A DNA stretch of 64,000 nucleotides from Dehalococcoidia bacterium (lineage in GTDB: Bacteria; Chloroflexota; Dehalococcoidia; Bin125). Shown one piece after another: positions 1-9,065 of this stretch. Position 1 is the stretch's first letter; each line of letters begins with the position of its first letter. The stretch lies in NCBI GenBank assembly GCA_963555985.3, contig OY820591.1, positions 2,080,001 to 2,144,000 on the forward strand, read 5' to 3'. The position numbers and the translations under genes are program-made. The notes below the pieces were generated by a model. The model had not been told where the DNA came from. It ran no database searches and saw nothing but the letters and a program-made list of their open reading frames with translations.

Positions 1-290
1 CCAAGGCCGGCGTGCCCTGTTCCGCCACGCACGACACCTACGACCTCTTCCACAATCCGCATCTCGAAGCGCGCGAGTTCATTCAGCAGCTCGATCACCC
101 GGAATGGGGTCCAATCCGCCAACTCGGTTGGGCGCCGCGGCTATCCGCGTCGGAGGTGCCGATGAAGGCGGCCCCGTTGCTCGGTCAGCACACCGCCGAG
201 GTGCTCTGCGACGATCTGGGGATCGAGTCGGAGGACTTCGCCAAACTCCAGGCGGAGGGTGTCGTGAGCGCGGTTCGCGCCCGCGACTAG
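1..290 (+). CDS. Family III (CaiB/BaiF) CoA-transferase, 3' part only (truncated by window start)
   Basis: AGVPCSATHDTYDLFHNPH...APLLGQHT closely matches the C-terminus of the paralogues at 747 and 6062; stop TAG 288-290. Confidence 0.9.
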   Translation, partial: KAGVPCSATHDTYDLFHNPHLEAREFIQQLDHPEWGPIRQLGWAPRLSASEVPMKAAPLLGQHTAEVLCDDLGIESEDFAKLQAEGVVSAVRARD

Positions 291-340
291 GATCTGTTCA
301 CGCCGACACATCGCCATCGCCCCGGAATCCGGAAGCGAGG

Positions 341-358
341 TAGTATCAGAACATATAC
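341..358 (+). promoter_or_regulatory. -10-like TAGTAT followed by conserved 12-mer CAGAACATATAC
   Basis: Identical 12-mer follows TATGCT at 51131-51148; contains a GAAC LexA-type half-site only. Confidence 0.45.
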
Positions 359-384
359 ACTTACCTTCCCAGGAGGCGACCGCC

Positions 385-525
385 ATGTCCCAGACCGCAT
401 CCCGCCCCTGTTTCAGATATTCTCCGCACGCCACCAATCTCCTCCGTCGGGACTCGTCCCAATCCGAATACCCGAACCTGAAAAAAGCTGAACGCCTGAA
501 CGCACGATCTCCCGTCAATTGCTGA
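385..525 (+). CDS. Putative small ORF (46 aa, MSQTASRPCF...)
   Basis: Strong RBS AGGAGG at 371-376 and upstream -10; no recognisable domain; not in supplied ORF track. Confidence 0.3.
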   Translation: MSQTASRPCFRYSPHATNLLRRDSSQSEYPNLKKAERLNARSPVNC

Positions 526-746
526 GAATCCGGATCCGTCGCCCTCAGAAAAAAATCTGCCCTGAACACCTGAACACCCGATCACCGCCAACGCCATCGA
601 CCATGAACATGCCCCGAAACCTCATTCGCCGCCCCGCTCTCGACGTGAGGCGGCCAATCAGGGCCGCACGCGGCCTCAATCCACACTGGGCTTCCCTATG
701 ATGGTGAGGATTTTCACCGCGACCGCGCCGGTAGGAGGACACCACC

Positions 747-1967
747 ATGCCAGCACTCGACGGACTCCGAGTCCTCGACATGACCCAATACGAAGCGGGC
801 ACGTCCTGCACCCAGGCCCTGGCCTGGCACGGCGCGGATGTGGTCAAGATCGAGCAGCCCGGCGTCGGCGACCCCGGCCGCGGCGTCGGCAGCGGCGACG
901 CGATCGACTCGCACTACTTCATCAACTGGAACGCCAACAAGCGCTCGGTCACGATCAACCTGCGCGACGAGCGCGGCAAGGCGCTGCTCTTCGAGATGCT
1001 GCCGCACTACGACGTGTTCGTCGAGAACTACGGGCCGGGCGTGATGGAGAAGTTGGGCCTGACCTATGAGGCGCTGAAGGAAGTCCACCCGAGCATCATC
1101 TACGCGCGGCTCAAGGGCTTCGGCCTCTCCGGTCCGTTCGCCAACTTCAAGAGCTTCGATCCGGTCGCGCAGAACGCCGCCGGCGCATTCTCCGTCACCG
1201 GAGAGGCGGGCGGCCCGCCGATGCGCCCGGGGGCGTGTGTGGGCGACAGCGGGACGGGGATGCAGTTGGCCTTCGCGATCACCTCGGCGTATGTGCAGAA
1301 GCTGCGCACCGGCGAGGGCCAGCACATCGAGATTTCGATGCAGGAGGCGATGACCTACTACGTGCGCACGCCGGTCGCGGGCACGCAGAGTTGGGGCGAC
1401 GTGGCGGCGGAGCGTCGCGGCAACGGTTGGTTCGGCCCGACCGATCTCTACCCCTGCAAGCCGCTGCCCGGCTCCGACGGCGCGGACGACTACCTCTACA
1501 TCATCGCCCTGACCACGCGCATGTGGGACACCTTCTGCGCGGCGATGGGTCGGCCGGACATGGTCGTCGACCCGCGCTTCTGCGACGAGCAAGCGCGGAT
1601 CGAGCACAACGATGAACTGAAGGCCGAAATCCGCGCCTGGACAATGCAATACGACAAGTGGGAGGCGATGCAGATTCTCGGCGAGGCCGGCGTCCCCTGC
1701 TCCGCCACCCACAGCACCTACGACCTCTTCCACAACCCGCATTTCGAGGAGCGCGAGTTCATCCAGGACATCGACCATCCCGAATGGGGGCCGATTCGTT
1801 TGTTGGGTTGGGCGCCGAAGATGTCGAAGAGCGAGGTGCCCATGACCGCCGCCCCGCTGCTGGCGGAGCACACCCGAGAGGTCCTCTGCGACGATCTCGG
1901 CATTGAGGGTGAAGAGTTCGCCAAGCTCGAGGCTGAGGGCATCGTCAGCAGCCGCAACGGCGCGTAG
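747..1967 (+). CDS. Family III CoA-transferase (formyl-CoA transferase-like)
   Basis: LDGLRVLDMTQYEAG...GADVVKIEQPGVGD, NANKRSVTINL, ENYGPG, catalytic Asp in GDSGTG; RBS AGGAGG. Confidence 0.92.
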   Translation: MPALDGLRVLDMTQYEAGTSCTQALAWHGADVVKIEQPGVGDPGRGVGSGDAIDSHYFINWNANKRSVTINLRDERGKALLFEMLPHYDVFVENYGPGVMEKLGLTYEALKEVHPSIIYARLKGFGLSGPFANFKSFDPVAQNAAGAFSVTGEAGGPPMRPGACVGDSGTGMQLAFAITSAYVQKLRTGEGQHIEISMQEAMTYYVRTPVAGTQSWGDVAAERRGNGWFGPTDLYPCKPLPGSDGADDYLYIIALTTRMWDTFCAAMGRPDMVVDPRFCDEQARIEHNDELKAEIRAWTMQYDKWEAMQILGEAGVPCSATHSTYDLFHNPHFEEREFIQDIDHPEWGPIRLLGWAPKMSKSEVPMTAAPLLAEHTREVLCDDLGIEGEEFAKLEAEGIVSSRNGA

Positions 1968-1979
1968 CTGGGCCGTCGG

Positions 1980-2861
1980 CTAGCGCAGGTTGCGCAGCCG
2001 CGGGTCGAGGGCGTCGCGGACCCAGTCGCCCATCAGGTTGCCGGTGAGCGCGATCGTCAGCAGGGCCAGGCCGGGCAGCCAGATTGGCCACCAGGCGACG
2101 CTCATGAAGTCGCGGCCCTCCGAGATCATCACCCCCCACGACGCCGTGCCCGGCGGCGCGCCCACGCCGAGGAAGGTGAGCGCGGCCTCGGCCAGGATCA
2201 CCAGTGCGACCTCCAGCGTCATGATGATCACGATGCTGTTGACGACGTTCGGGAACAGATGCTTCCGCAAGATCCAGGCGGGGCCCGCTCCGGTGGCGCG
2301 AGACGCCGTGACGAAGTCGCGCTGCTTGAGGGACAGCACGTCGGCCCGCACCAGCCGCGCGTACGAGGGCCAGGTCCAGATCAGCAGGATGATGATCACG
2401 TTGCGCAGGCTGGCTCCCACCAGTGCCGCCAACAGCACCGCGAAGAGGATCGCCGGCATCGCCAGCTGCACGTCCACCAGGCGCATCAGCAACTGGCCGA
2501 TGAGGCCGCCCGCCCAGCCCGAGATCAGTCCCACCAGCGTCCCGATCAGCGCCGCGCCCGGCACCACGATGCCCACCACGATCAGAGAGATGCGCGCGCC
2601 GTACAGCAGCCGGCTGAAGATGTCCCGCCCGACCTGGTCCGTGCCCAGGGCATAGTCCCAACTGCCCCCGTCGAAGACGGGCGGCTGCAAGCGAGCGCCC
2701 AGGTTGATGAACTCCGGGTCGTGCGGCGCCAGCCAATCCGCTCCCACGCCCGCCACGAGCAGCGCCAGCGCGATCAGAGCGGGCACGGACAGCCCCAGCC
2801 AGCGCCGCCAACGGACGCCGCGGCCCGGGCCCAGCTGCACCGCCGTCGGCTGGCCCGCCAT
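1980..2861 (-). CDS. Peptide/nickel ABC transporter permease (DppC/OppC-like)
   Basis: LGTDQVGRDIFSRLLYGARISL, EAA-loop region (DFVTASRATGA), EAALTFLGVG; ATG overlaps the upstream TGA at 2861. Confidence 0.92.
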   Translation of the reverse strand: MAGQPTAVQLGPGRGVRWRRWLGLSVPALIALALLVAGVGADWLAPHDPEFINLGARLQPPVFDGGSWDYALGTDQVGRDIFSRLLYGARISLIVVGIVVPGAALIGTLVGLISGWAGGLIGQLLMRLVDVQLAMPAILFAVLLAALVGASLRNVIIILLIWTWPSYARLVRADVLSLKQRDFVTASRATGAGPAWILRKHLFPNVVNSIVIIMTLEVALVILAEAALTFLGVGAPPGTASWGVMISEGRDFMSVAWWPIWLPGLALLTIALTGNLMGDWVRDALDPRLRNLR

Positions 2862-3799
2862 CAGGCGTCCCCCGCCCGGATGCGCGGGTCGATCAGCCGG
2901 TAGGACACATCGACCAGCAGGTTGACCAGCGCGATCGACGCCGCCAGCACGATGATCGAGGCCTGCACCATCGGGAAGTCGTTCTTGAAGATCGAGTCGA
3001 TGATCAGCCGGCCGATGCCCGGCCACGCGAAGACCATCTCGATGATCACCGAGCCGCCGATCAACCGGCCCAGCGAGAGTCCCAGCATCGTCACGACCGG
3101 CAGCAGCGCGTGCCGCACGGCGTGCCGCCCGATGATCACCCGCTCGCTGAGTCCCTTGGCCCGCGCCGTGCGGATGAAGTCGGTGTCCATCACCTCGATC
3201 ATCCCCGAGCGGGTCAGCCGCATGATCGCGACCAGTTCGAACAGGCCGAGTGCGATCGCCGGCAGGATCAACGAGCGGAACCCTTGTTCATCGCCCCCGG
3301 TCGGAAACCAGCCCAGCTGCACAGCGAAGAAGAAGATCATCATCAGGCCCAGCCAGAAGCTGGGCGTGGCCTGCCCGATCACCGCCACGAAGCGCGACAG
3401 CCAGTCAATCGCCGTGCCGCGCCTCAAGGCCGCCACGATGCCCAGCGGCAGCGCCAGCGCGAGCGCGAACACCACGCCCGCCGCCCCAAGCTTGAGCGTG
3501 CTCGCCGCCCGGTCGCCGATCTCGTCGAGCGCCGGTTGGCCACCGCCCCGCCACGAGGTCCCGAAGTCGCCTTGCGCCAGGTTGCCCAGGAACGTGCCGT
3601 ACTGAACGATCAGCGGTTTGTCCAAGCCCAGATTCTTCCTCAGGCGTTCGACTTCTTCCGGACGCCGCTGCTCGGGCGAGAGCAGGGTCGACTCGGGATT
3701 GCCCGCAAGGCGCGAGACAAAGAAGACGGTCGTCGCGACGATGAGGACGACGAACAACGCCTGGATCAGGCGGAGGGCGAAGTAGTTCCAGAACTCCAT
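2861..3799 (-). CDS. Peptide/nickel ABC transporter permease (DppB/OppB-like)
   Basis: LGLDKPLIVQY, GDFGTS, PSFWLGLM, DFIRTARAKGL, EMVFAWPGIG. Confidence 0.93.
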   Translation of the reverse strand: MEFWNYFALRLIQALFVVLIVATTVFFVSRLAGNPESTLLSPEQRRPEEVERLRKNLGLDKPLIVQYGTFLGNLAQGDFGTSWRGGGQPALDEIGDRAASTLKLGAAGVVFALALALPLGIVAALRRGTAIDWLSRFVAVIGQATPSFWLGLMMIFFFAVQLGWFPTGGDEQGFRSLILPAIALGLFELVAIMRLTRSGMIEVMDTDFIRTARAKGLSERVIIGRHAVRHALLPVVTMLGLSLGRLIGGSVIIEMVFAWPGIGRLIIDSIFKNDFPMVQASIIVLAASIALVNLLVDVSYRLIDPRIRAGDA

Positions 3800-3871
3800 C
3801 AGGTCCCTTGCGGATCGCGCGCCGGAGCTCCGCCGACCCTACAGGCGGCAAGTGCGCCGAGCGGCGCGGCC

Positions 3872-5845
3872 TCAGGTGGCCTTGCGCCGCTGGATGCCGT
3901 AGGCGTTGCCCCCCCACATGAAGCCGGTGCGTCCTCCCTTCGGCCAGTTGACGTCCGCCCGGGTCAGCACCGCGTCCGGGGCCTCGACGAGGAAAATGAA
4001 CCACGCTTGACGGGCGTGTTCCAGCATCAGCTCCGCGATCATCTCCTGGCGCCGCGTGGAATCGAGCTCAGTCCGCTGCGCGAGGTACAGCTCGTGCAGG
4101 GCCGGATCCTGCACCCCCTCGCCGTTGAGCTTCGTGAAGTAGGACTCGGGCCCGGCGCAGCAATCCCACATCGATCCGATGTCGCGGACGACGTTGGCCC
4201 ACATCCAATAGAGGCCCACGGGGCGGTTGGGCCCCCCGACCACGTAGGCGTCGGAGAAGTAGTCGGAGACGAGCGCCACCTCTGGCTGCGTGCGGATACC
4301 GACCGCAGCCAGGTCCTGCGCCACGGCCAGAGCCATATCCGACATGAACGCGCCGCCCCAGTCGGTCGTGTAGTACAGCGGGACCTCGAACCCGTCCGCG
4401 TAACCAGCCTCCGCCATCAGCTGCCGCGCCAGCTCAGGGTCGTAGTCGTATTGGACTGCCTGCCTCTGCTCCGCGGTCGGGAAGCCGTACACGCCGCTGA
4501 ACGTGAACAGTGAATAGTGCCCCTGGCCGAGCAGAAGGTTGTCGATTAAGGCTTGGCGGTTGATCGCGTGGTTCGCGGCCTGGCGCACGCGGAAGTCCAG
4601 GAACGGGTTCGGGCTACCGTCCGGCATCGTCTCGGGGTACAGGTTGGGATAGATCACCTGGACGGTCTGGCCAACGGCGGGTTGGAACTGCACGGTGAAG
4701 TCGGGGTCGTCCAGGTATGGCTCCACGTTGTTGGGGCCCAGCCCCGGCACCACGTCAATCTCCCCGGCCTCGATGCCGGCCAGCCGCGACTGGATCTCGG
4801 GCCGCACCACGACCCGCTGATGCTTGTGGTGGGCATAGCGCGGCACCACGACGGGATGGTCGGCCGGGAGGAAGTGGTCCTCGAAGCGCTCGTAGACGAA
4901 GTCCGTGTCGTCTTCGTGGCTGACGAAGCGGAACGGGCCGGTGCCCATCGGCGAGGTGTCCATCGCGAGGTCGCCGCGCGCCTCCGTGTCCGCTTGCGAC
5001 ATGATCACCACCTCGCCGGTCCCGGTCAGGTTGACGACGAAGAAGCCCGCATCGGGCGCCGGCAACTCGAACGACCAGGTACGGTCGTCCACCGCCTCGT
5101 TGCGGACCCAGTTCGCGGAGCTGCGGCCGACATTCCCGGGGGTCCAGCCGCCGGGGTGATCGGTCGTCGCGCCGCCCTGGTGGTAGGCGGCCTGCCCGGC
5201 CATGCGTTCGTAGCTGAACACCAAGTCGTGGGCGGTGAGGATCGAGCCGTCGTGGAACTGCGCCGGCACCACCGACGCCCGAACCGTGACAGGATCGATC
5301 CACTCCGGCGCGGCCAGATTTGCGATCGCCGCGCCTTCAGCGGGATCCCATTCCATGGCCGCGCTGAACACGGCGCCGTGCGAGTACAGGTTCGCGTTGC
5401 TGCCGGTCCGCATCTGGTCCAGCCCCCCAGCGTCGGAGGGGACCACCACAGTGATCGTCGCGTCCAGATCGACCTCGTCCAGCGGCCAGGGCTCCGACCA
5501 TTCCTCGCTCTCGCCCGGCGTCACGATCTGGGCCTGCTGCTCCTGCTGCGCCGCCCCCTCGACCTGCTGTTCGGCTTGCTGCTGCGTGGTCTGCTGCTGA
5601 TCGGCCTGCTGTTGCATTGCCTGCTGCTGTTGCTGTTGGACCTGCTCCTGCTGCATCGCCTGTTGCTGCTGTTGCTGCTGTTCCTGAGCCTGCGCTGCCG
5701 ATGGCTGTGCGTCGTCGTCATCGTCGCCGCAGCCGACCAATGCCAAACCGCTCGCGCCGACGCCGGCTCGCGCCGAGGCCCGCAAGAGCGACCGCCTCGA
5801 CATCCTGCTACGGCGCATCCGCTGCCAATAGTTTCGTTTGCTCAC
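3872..5845 (-). CDS. ABC substrate-binding protein, family 5, Tat-exported lipoprotein with poly-Q linker
   Basis: SRRSLL twin-arginine motif, LVGC lipobox, FHDGSILTAHDLVFSY, PMGTGPF, DFRVRQAANHAINR, YDPELARQLMAEAGY; start chosen at GTG 5845 (uncertain). Confidence 0.88.
   Translation of the reverse strand: MSKRNYWQRMRRSRMSRRSLLRASARAGVGASGLALVGCGDDDDDAQPSAAQAQEQQQQQQQAMQQEQVQQQQQQAMQQQADQQQTTQQQAEQQVEGAAQQEQQAQIVTPGESEEWSEPWPLDEVDLDATITVVVPSDAGGLDQMRTGSNANLYSHGAVFSAAMEWDPAEGAAIANLAAPEWIDPVTVRASVVPAQFHDGSILTAHDLVFSYERMAGQAAYHQGGATTDHPGGWTPGNVGRSSANWVRNEAVDDRTWSFELPAPDAGFFVVNLTGTGEVVIMSQADTEARGDLAMDTSPMGTGPFRFVSHEDDTDFVYERFEDHFLPADHPVVVPRYAHHKHQRVVVRPEIQSRLAGIEAGEIDVVPGLGPNNVEPYLDDPDFTVQFQPAVGQTVQVIYPNLYPETMPDGSPNPFLDFRVRQAANHAINRQALIDNLLLGQGHYSLFTFSGVYGFPTAEQRQAVQYDYDPELARQLMAEAGYADGFEVPLYYTTDWGGAFMSDMALAVAQDLAAVGIRTQPEVALVSDYFSDAYVVGGPNRPVGLYWMWANVVRDIGSMWDCCAGPESYFTKLNGEGVQDPALHELYLAQRTELDSTRRQEMIAELMLEHARQAWFIFLVEAPDAVLTRADVNWPKGGRTGFMWGGNAYGIQRRKAT
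5533..5695 (-). repeat. CAG/CAA-rich low-complexity tract encoding the poly-Q linker
   Basis: Translates as QAQEQQQQQQQAMQQEQVQQQQQQAMQQQADQQQTTQQQAEQQ. Confidence 0.8.
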
Positions 5846-6061
5846 TGGAGCATCCAATCCAAAATCGCCGGTTGCGTCTTGTCCGTTGAGGCGATCGCAG
5901 GGAACGTACCCCCCCACACACACATGTCAACCGGGAGTCTGACCGAAGCAGCGAGAGGCGCCCGTTCCGCGCTGCGCGCCCCAGCTGCAGCGGGCGGTTG
6001 CGCGTTCCCTATCATGGTGGGCAAGACCGCCCGCTGTCGCGGGCGGCGGGAGGACATCACC

Positions 6062-7294
6062 ATGCCGGCTCTTGATGGAATGCGCGTGTTGGACATGACC
6101 CAGTACGAGGCGGGCACTTCCGCCACTCAGGCGTTGGCCTGGCTGGGGGCGGACGTGGTCAAGGTGGAGCAGCCCGGCGTCGGCGATCCCGGGCGCGGGG
6201 TTCGCACCGGGACGCTCAACTCGCCCTACTTCATCAACTGGAACTCCAACAAGCGCTCGGTCACGATCAACCTTCAGGACGCCAAGGGGCGCGAATTGCT
6301 GTTGGAGATGCTGCCTCACTACGACGTGTTCGTGGAGAACTACGGGCCCGGGGTGATGGAGCGGCTGAACCTGACCTATGAGGTGATGAAGGAGATCAAC
6401 CCTTCGATCATCTACGGGCGGCTGAAGGGGTTCGGGCTGTCGGGGCCGTGGGCGGAGTACAAGTGCTTCGACATGATCGCGCAGGCGGCGGCGGGAGCGT
6501 TTTCGGTGACGGGCGAGCAGGAGGGGCCGCCGATGCTGCCCGGTTCGACGGTCGGCGACTCTGGCACCGGGGTTGAGCTGGCGCTGGCGATTACGGCGGC
6601 GTATGTGCAGAAACAGCGCACAGGTGAAGGGCAGTTCATCGAGATCACGATGCAGGAGGCGATGACGTATTTCATGCGCACTCGGATCGCCTATGCGGAC
6701 TGGGGCGAGAAGGTCGCGCCGCGGCGGGGGAACTCGGCGGGGGCGCCGACGGATCTGTATCCGTGCAAGTCGACACCGGAGAGCGAGGCTCGGGGCGGGA
6801 ACAACGACTGGGTGTACATCATGGTGGTGACGTCGCGGATGTGGGACACGTTGTGCGCGGCGATTGACCGGCCGGAGCTGCTGGTCGATCCTCGTTTCGA
6901 GGACATGTGGAAGCGGAATGAGAACGGGAAGGAGTTGTACGCGGAGATCTCGAAGTGGACGCTGGAGCGGACGAAGTGGGAGGTGATGGAGTATCTGGGC
7001 GCGGCGGGGGTGCCGTGTTCGGCGGTGCTGGACACGTACGACCTGTTCCACAACCCGCATTTCGAGGAGCGCGGCTTCGTGCACGACCTCGACCATCCGG
7101 CGCACGGGCCGATTCGGCTGCTGGGCTGGGCGCCGCGGATGTCGAAGAGCGATGTGCCGCTGGTGCGGGCGCCGCTGTTGGGGGAGCACACGAGCGAGAT
7201 TCTGTCGGACGACCTGGGCCTGTCGGCGGGGGACTTGCAGGAGTTGGAGGAGGCGGGGATTGTGGGCGGGCCTCCGGTGTTTCCGGCGAAGTAG
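6062..7294 (+). CDS. Family III CoA-transferase (formyl-CoA transferase-like)
   Basis: MPALDGMRVLDMTQYEAG, close paralogue of 747-1967; RBS GGAGG upstream of ATG 6062; catalytic GDSGTG. Confidence 0.92.
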   Translation: MPALDGMRVLDMTQYEAGTSATQALAWLGADVVKVEQPGVGDPGRGVRTGTLNSPYFINWNSNKRSVTINLQDAKGRELLLEMLPHYDVFVENYGPGVMERLNLTYEVMKEINPSIIYGRLKGFGLSGPWAEYKCFDMIAQAAAGAFSVTGEQEGPPMLPGSTVGDSGTGVELALAITAAYVQKQRTGEGQFIEITMQEAMTYFMRTRIAYADWGEKVAPRRGNSAGAPTDLYPCKSTPESEARGGNNDWVYIMVVTSRMWDTLCAAIDRPELLVDPRFEDMWKRNENGKELYAEISKWTLERTKWEVMEYLGAAGVPCSAVLDTYDLFHNPHFEERGFVHDLDHPAHGPIRLLGWAPRMSKSDVPLVRAPLLGEHTSEILSDDLGLSAGDLQELEEAGIVGGPPVFPAK

Positions 7295-7304
7295 GGAGGT
7301 GGGA

Positions 7305-7356
7305 CCCCCCTCTGTCCCTTCGTCCCCTCTCCCCCCGCAGTGCGGGGGGAGAGGGG
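7305..7356 (-). repeat. Double-hairpin REP-like element (DUF559-associated family)
   Basis: CCCCTCTCCCCCCGCAGTGCGGGGGGAGAGGGG hairpin preceded by CCCCCCTCTGTCCCTTCG; reverse complement resembles 58988-59029. Confidence 0.7.
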
Positions 7357-7361
7357 ACGCC

Positions 7362-7865
7362 TTGCAGGGGTTGGCGCCGATTTTGCCTGAGGGGGAGATT
7401 CGGGCTCTGATTCTGGGTTCGTTTCCGAGTGTGCGCTCGCTGGAGACGGGGGAGTATTACGCGCATCCGCAGAACTGGTTTTGGCGGGTGATGGCGCATT
7501 GCGGGGTGATTGAGGACGCGCGGGCGCCTTATGTGGAGCGGGTGGAGCAGGTGCGGGAGCGGGGGATTGCGGTTTGGGATCTGTACGGGCGGGTGCGGCG
7601 GGAGGGTTCGGGGGACGACGCGATTCGGGAGCCGGCGGCGAATGCGGTTGGAGAGGTGATCGGCTGGGAGCAGCCGGTGTTGCTGAACGGCCGGCGGTTG
7701 CGGGAGTTTCGGCGAGCGTTTCCCGGGGTGGAGGCGGAGTTGATCGCGCTGCCGAGCACGAGTCCGCGTCCGCTGCATTGGAACACGGAGGCGTCGCAGG
7801 CGGGGGCGTTGGAGGAGTGGCGGTCGGCGTTGGCGTCCGCGGGGGTGGTCAGTAATTTGGGGTGA
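7362..7865 (+). CDS. Uracil-DNA glycosylase superfamily protein (family 6, hypoxanthine/deoxyinosine glycosylase-like)
   Basis: LILGSFPSVRSL...YYAHPQNWFW, IAVWD, LPSTSP motifs; start (TTG 7362) uncertain. Confidence 0.8.
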   Translation: MQGLAPILPEGEIRALILGSFPSVRSLETGEYYAHPQNWFWRVMAHCGVIEDARAPYVERVEQVRERGIAVWDLYGRVRREGSGDDAIREPAANAVGEVIGWEQPVLLNGRRLREFRRAFPGVEAELIALPSTSPRPLHWNTEASQAGALEEWRSALASAGVVSNLG

Positions 7866-7910
7866 GTGGGGTATTTTTGGCGGTTTTGGTTGGGAATTGC
7901 GTGATTTGGT

Positions 7911-7965
7911 GTTCGATTGCGTTCGATTGCGTTCGATTTTGGACGATTCCGGTCGATTTTGGACG
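7911..7965. repeat. 10-bp-period tandem array
   Basis: gttcgattgc/gttcgattgc/gttcgatttt/ggacgattcc/ggtcgatttt/ggacg. Confidence 0.85.
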
Positions 7966-8064
7966 GCGGTGGTTGGGGTTGGTCGAGCGTTGGTGATGCT
8001 TGGCTCCGGCCTGGGCGGAAATGGGGGACGGGGCATGACGGGATCGTTTCGTGGGGGCTTGATC

Positions 8065-8097
8065 GTACAAGTGTACTGTGTTGGTAGTGGGTGTCAA
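8065..8097 (-). promoter_or_regulatory. Sigma70-like promoter overlapped by a GTAC-N4-GTAC box
   Basis: TTGACA (8097-8092), 16-nt spacer, TACACT (8075-8070); GTAC-AAGT-GTAC at 8065-8076. Confidence 0.5.
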
Positions 8098-8183
8098 GGT
8101 CGTTGGGGAGTGTGGGGGGGGCGATAGTTCGAGGGACGGTTCAGGGTGGCAGAGTTGCAAGGGGGAGGGGTTACGCTTGGCGC

Positions 8184-8462
8184 GTGATCATCCACTTTCG
8201 ACATCGGGGGTTACGCCGACTCTTTGAACGGGGAGACCCGAGCGGAGTTCCACCTCGGCATCGGAGGAAGATCCTGGCCATTCTGCACCTGCTCGACGAG
8301 GCCGCCGGACCGCACCAAATGCCCGACCGTTCTTTGCGGTTACACCCCCTCAAGGGGGATCGGGAAGGCGAGTGGGCGGTTGACGTCAGCCGGATTTGGC
8401 GGATCACCTTCCGATTCGTGGACGGCGATGTCCGCGATGTGGACCTGGTTAACTACCATTAG
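8184..8462 (+). CDS. higB: HigB/RelE-superfamily toxin (plasmid maintenance killer type)
   Basis: IHFRHRGLRRLFERG, LHPLKGDREGEWAVDV..WRITFRF, DVDLVNYH; GTG preceded by TACGCT -10 (probably leaderless). Confidence 0.88.
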   Translation: MIIHFRHRGLRRLFERGDPSGVPPRHRRKILAILHLLDEAAGPHQMPDRSLRLHPLKGDREGEWAVDVSRIWRITFRFVDGDVRDVDLVNYH

Positions 8463-8482
8463 TTCAGGACTGGAGCGAGACC

Positions 8483-8773
8483 ATGCCGATGTACGATCCA
8501 CCGCACCCTGGCGAGTCGGTTCTCTTGCTTTGCCTGGAGCCGCTTGAGCTCTCGATTGCCGATGCGGCCGCGCACCTGGAAGTCGACGAGGCGTACCTGG
8601 GGGCGCTGTGCGAGGGTCGGGCTGCGATCAACGCGGACTTGGCCATTCGCCTGGAGCAGGCGTTCGGCGGTACGGCTGATGTGTGGATGCGGATGCAGGC
8701 CTCTTACGATCTCGCCCAGATGCGGCTGAAGTCTGGTCATATCCAGGTCAAGCCGATCGGCTCGGCGGCCTGA
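8483..8773 (+). CDS. higA: HigA-family antitoxin (XRE HTH), copy 1
   Basis: PPHPGE, INADLAIRLEQAFGGTADVWMRMQASYDL. Confidence 0.9.
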   Translation: MPMYDPPHPGESVLLLCLEPLELSIADAAAHLEVDEAYLGALCEGRAAINADLAIRLEQAFGGTADVWMRMQASYDLAQMRLKSGHIQVKPIGSAA

Positions 8774-8775
8774 TC

Positions 8776-9042
8776 ATGTCGCGCAACAATCCCCATCATC
8801 CTGGCGAGACGGTCCTGGAGGACTGCATTGAGGCCCTGGGGCTGACGATTGCTGAGGCGGCAGAGCACCTTCAGGTGAACGTGGGTGCGCTCAGTGCGAT
8901 CTGCGAGTGCCGCGCTCCGATCACGGCAGAGATGGCGGTGCGCTTCGAGATGGCGTTTGGGAGCACTGCGGATGCGTGGCTACGGATGCAGGCCGCCTAC
9001 GACCTTGCCCAAGCGCGGAAGACGGCCTGCGAGATCAAGTGA
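8776..9042 (+). CDS. higA: HigA-family antitoxin (XRE HTH), copy 2
   Basis: NPHHPGE, ITAEMAVRFEMAFGSTADAWLRMQAAYDL. Confidence 0.85.
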   Translation: MSRNNPHHPGETVLEDCIEALGLTIAEAAEHLQVNVGALSAICECRAPITAEMAVRFEMAFGSTADAWLRMQAAYDLAQARKTACEIK

Positions 9043-9065
9043 ATTGAGCGGGCGGCGTAACGCGG

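Larger units (their letters stand above)
287..617 (+). mobile_element. Putative degenerate MITE-like intergenic module (copy 1)
   Basis: Starts CTAGGATCTGTTCA (cf. CTAGGGCCTGTTCA at 51021); shares -10 + CAGAACATATAC + RBS + small ORF layout with 51021-51404; right end TGAACATGCC (604) is only a weak match. Confidence 0.35.

Noticed and set aside
347-360. Full LexA box at GAACATATACAC (and 51139-51150)
   Set aside because: The second half-site (ACAC/ACGC) is far from GTTC; kept only as a conserved 12-mer with one half-site.
4553-7294. 913-aa ORF as a fusion protein
   Set aside because: The first ~500 aa are the antisense shadow of the SBP gene; the real start is ATG 6062 with an RBS, matching the paralogue.
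6819-8036. 405-aa minus-strand ORF as a real protein
   Set aside because: Pro/Arg-rich and overlaps two well-supported plus-strand genes; only its promoter and first ~55 codons are of interest.
9040-9060. Selenocysteine or read-through at the higA2 TGA
   Set aside because: No SECIS-like hairpin evident and the position is not a catalytic Cys; a simple nonsense change is more likely.
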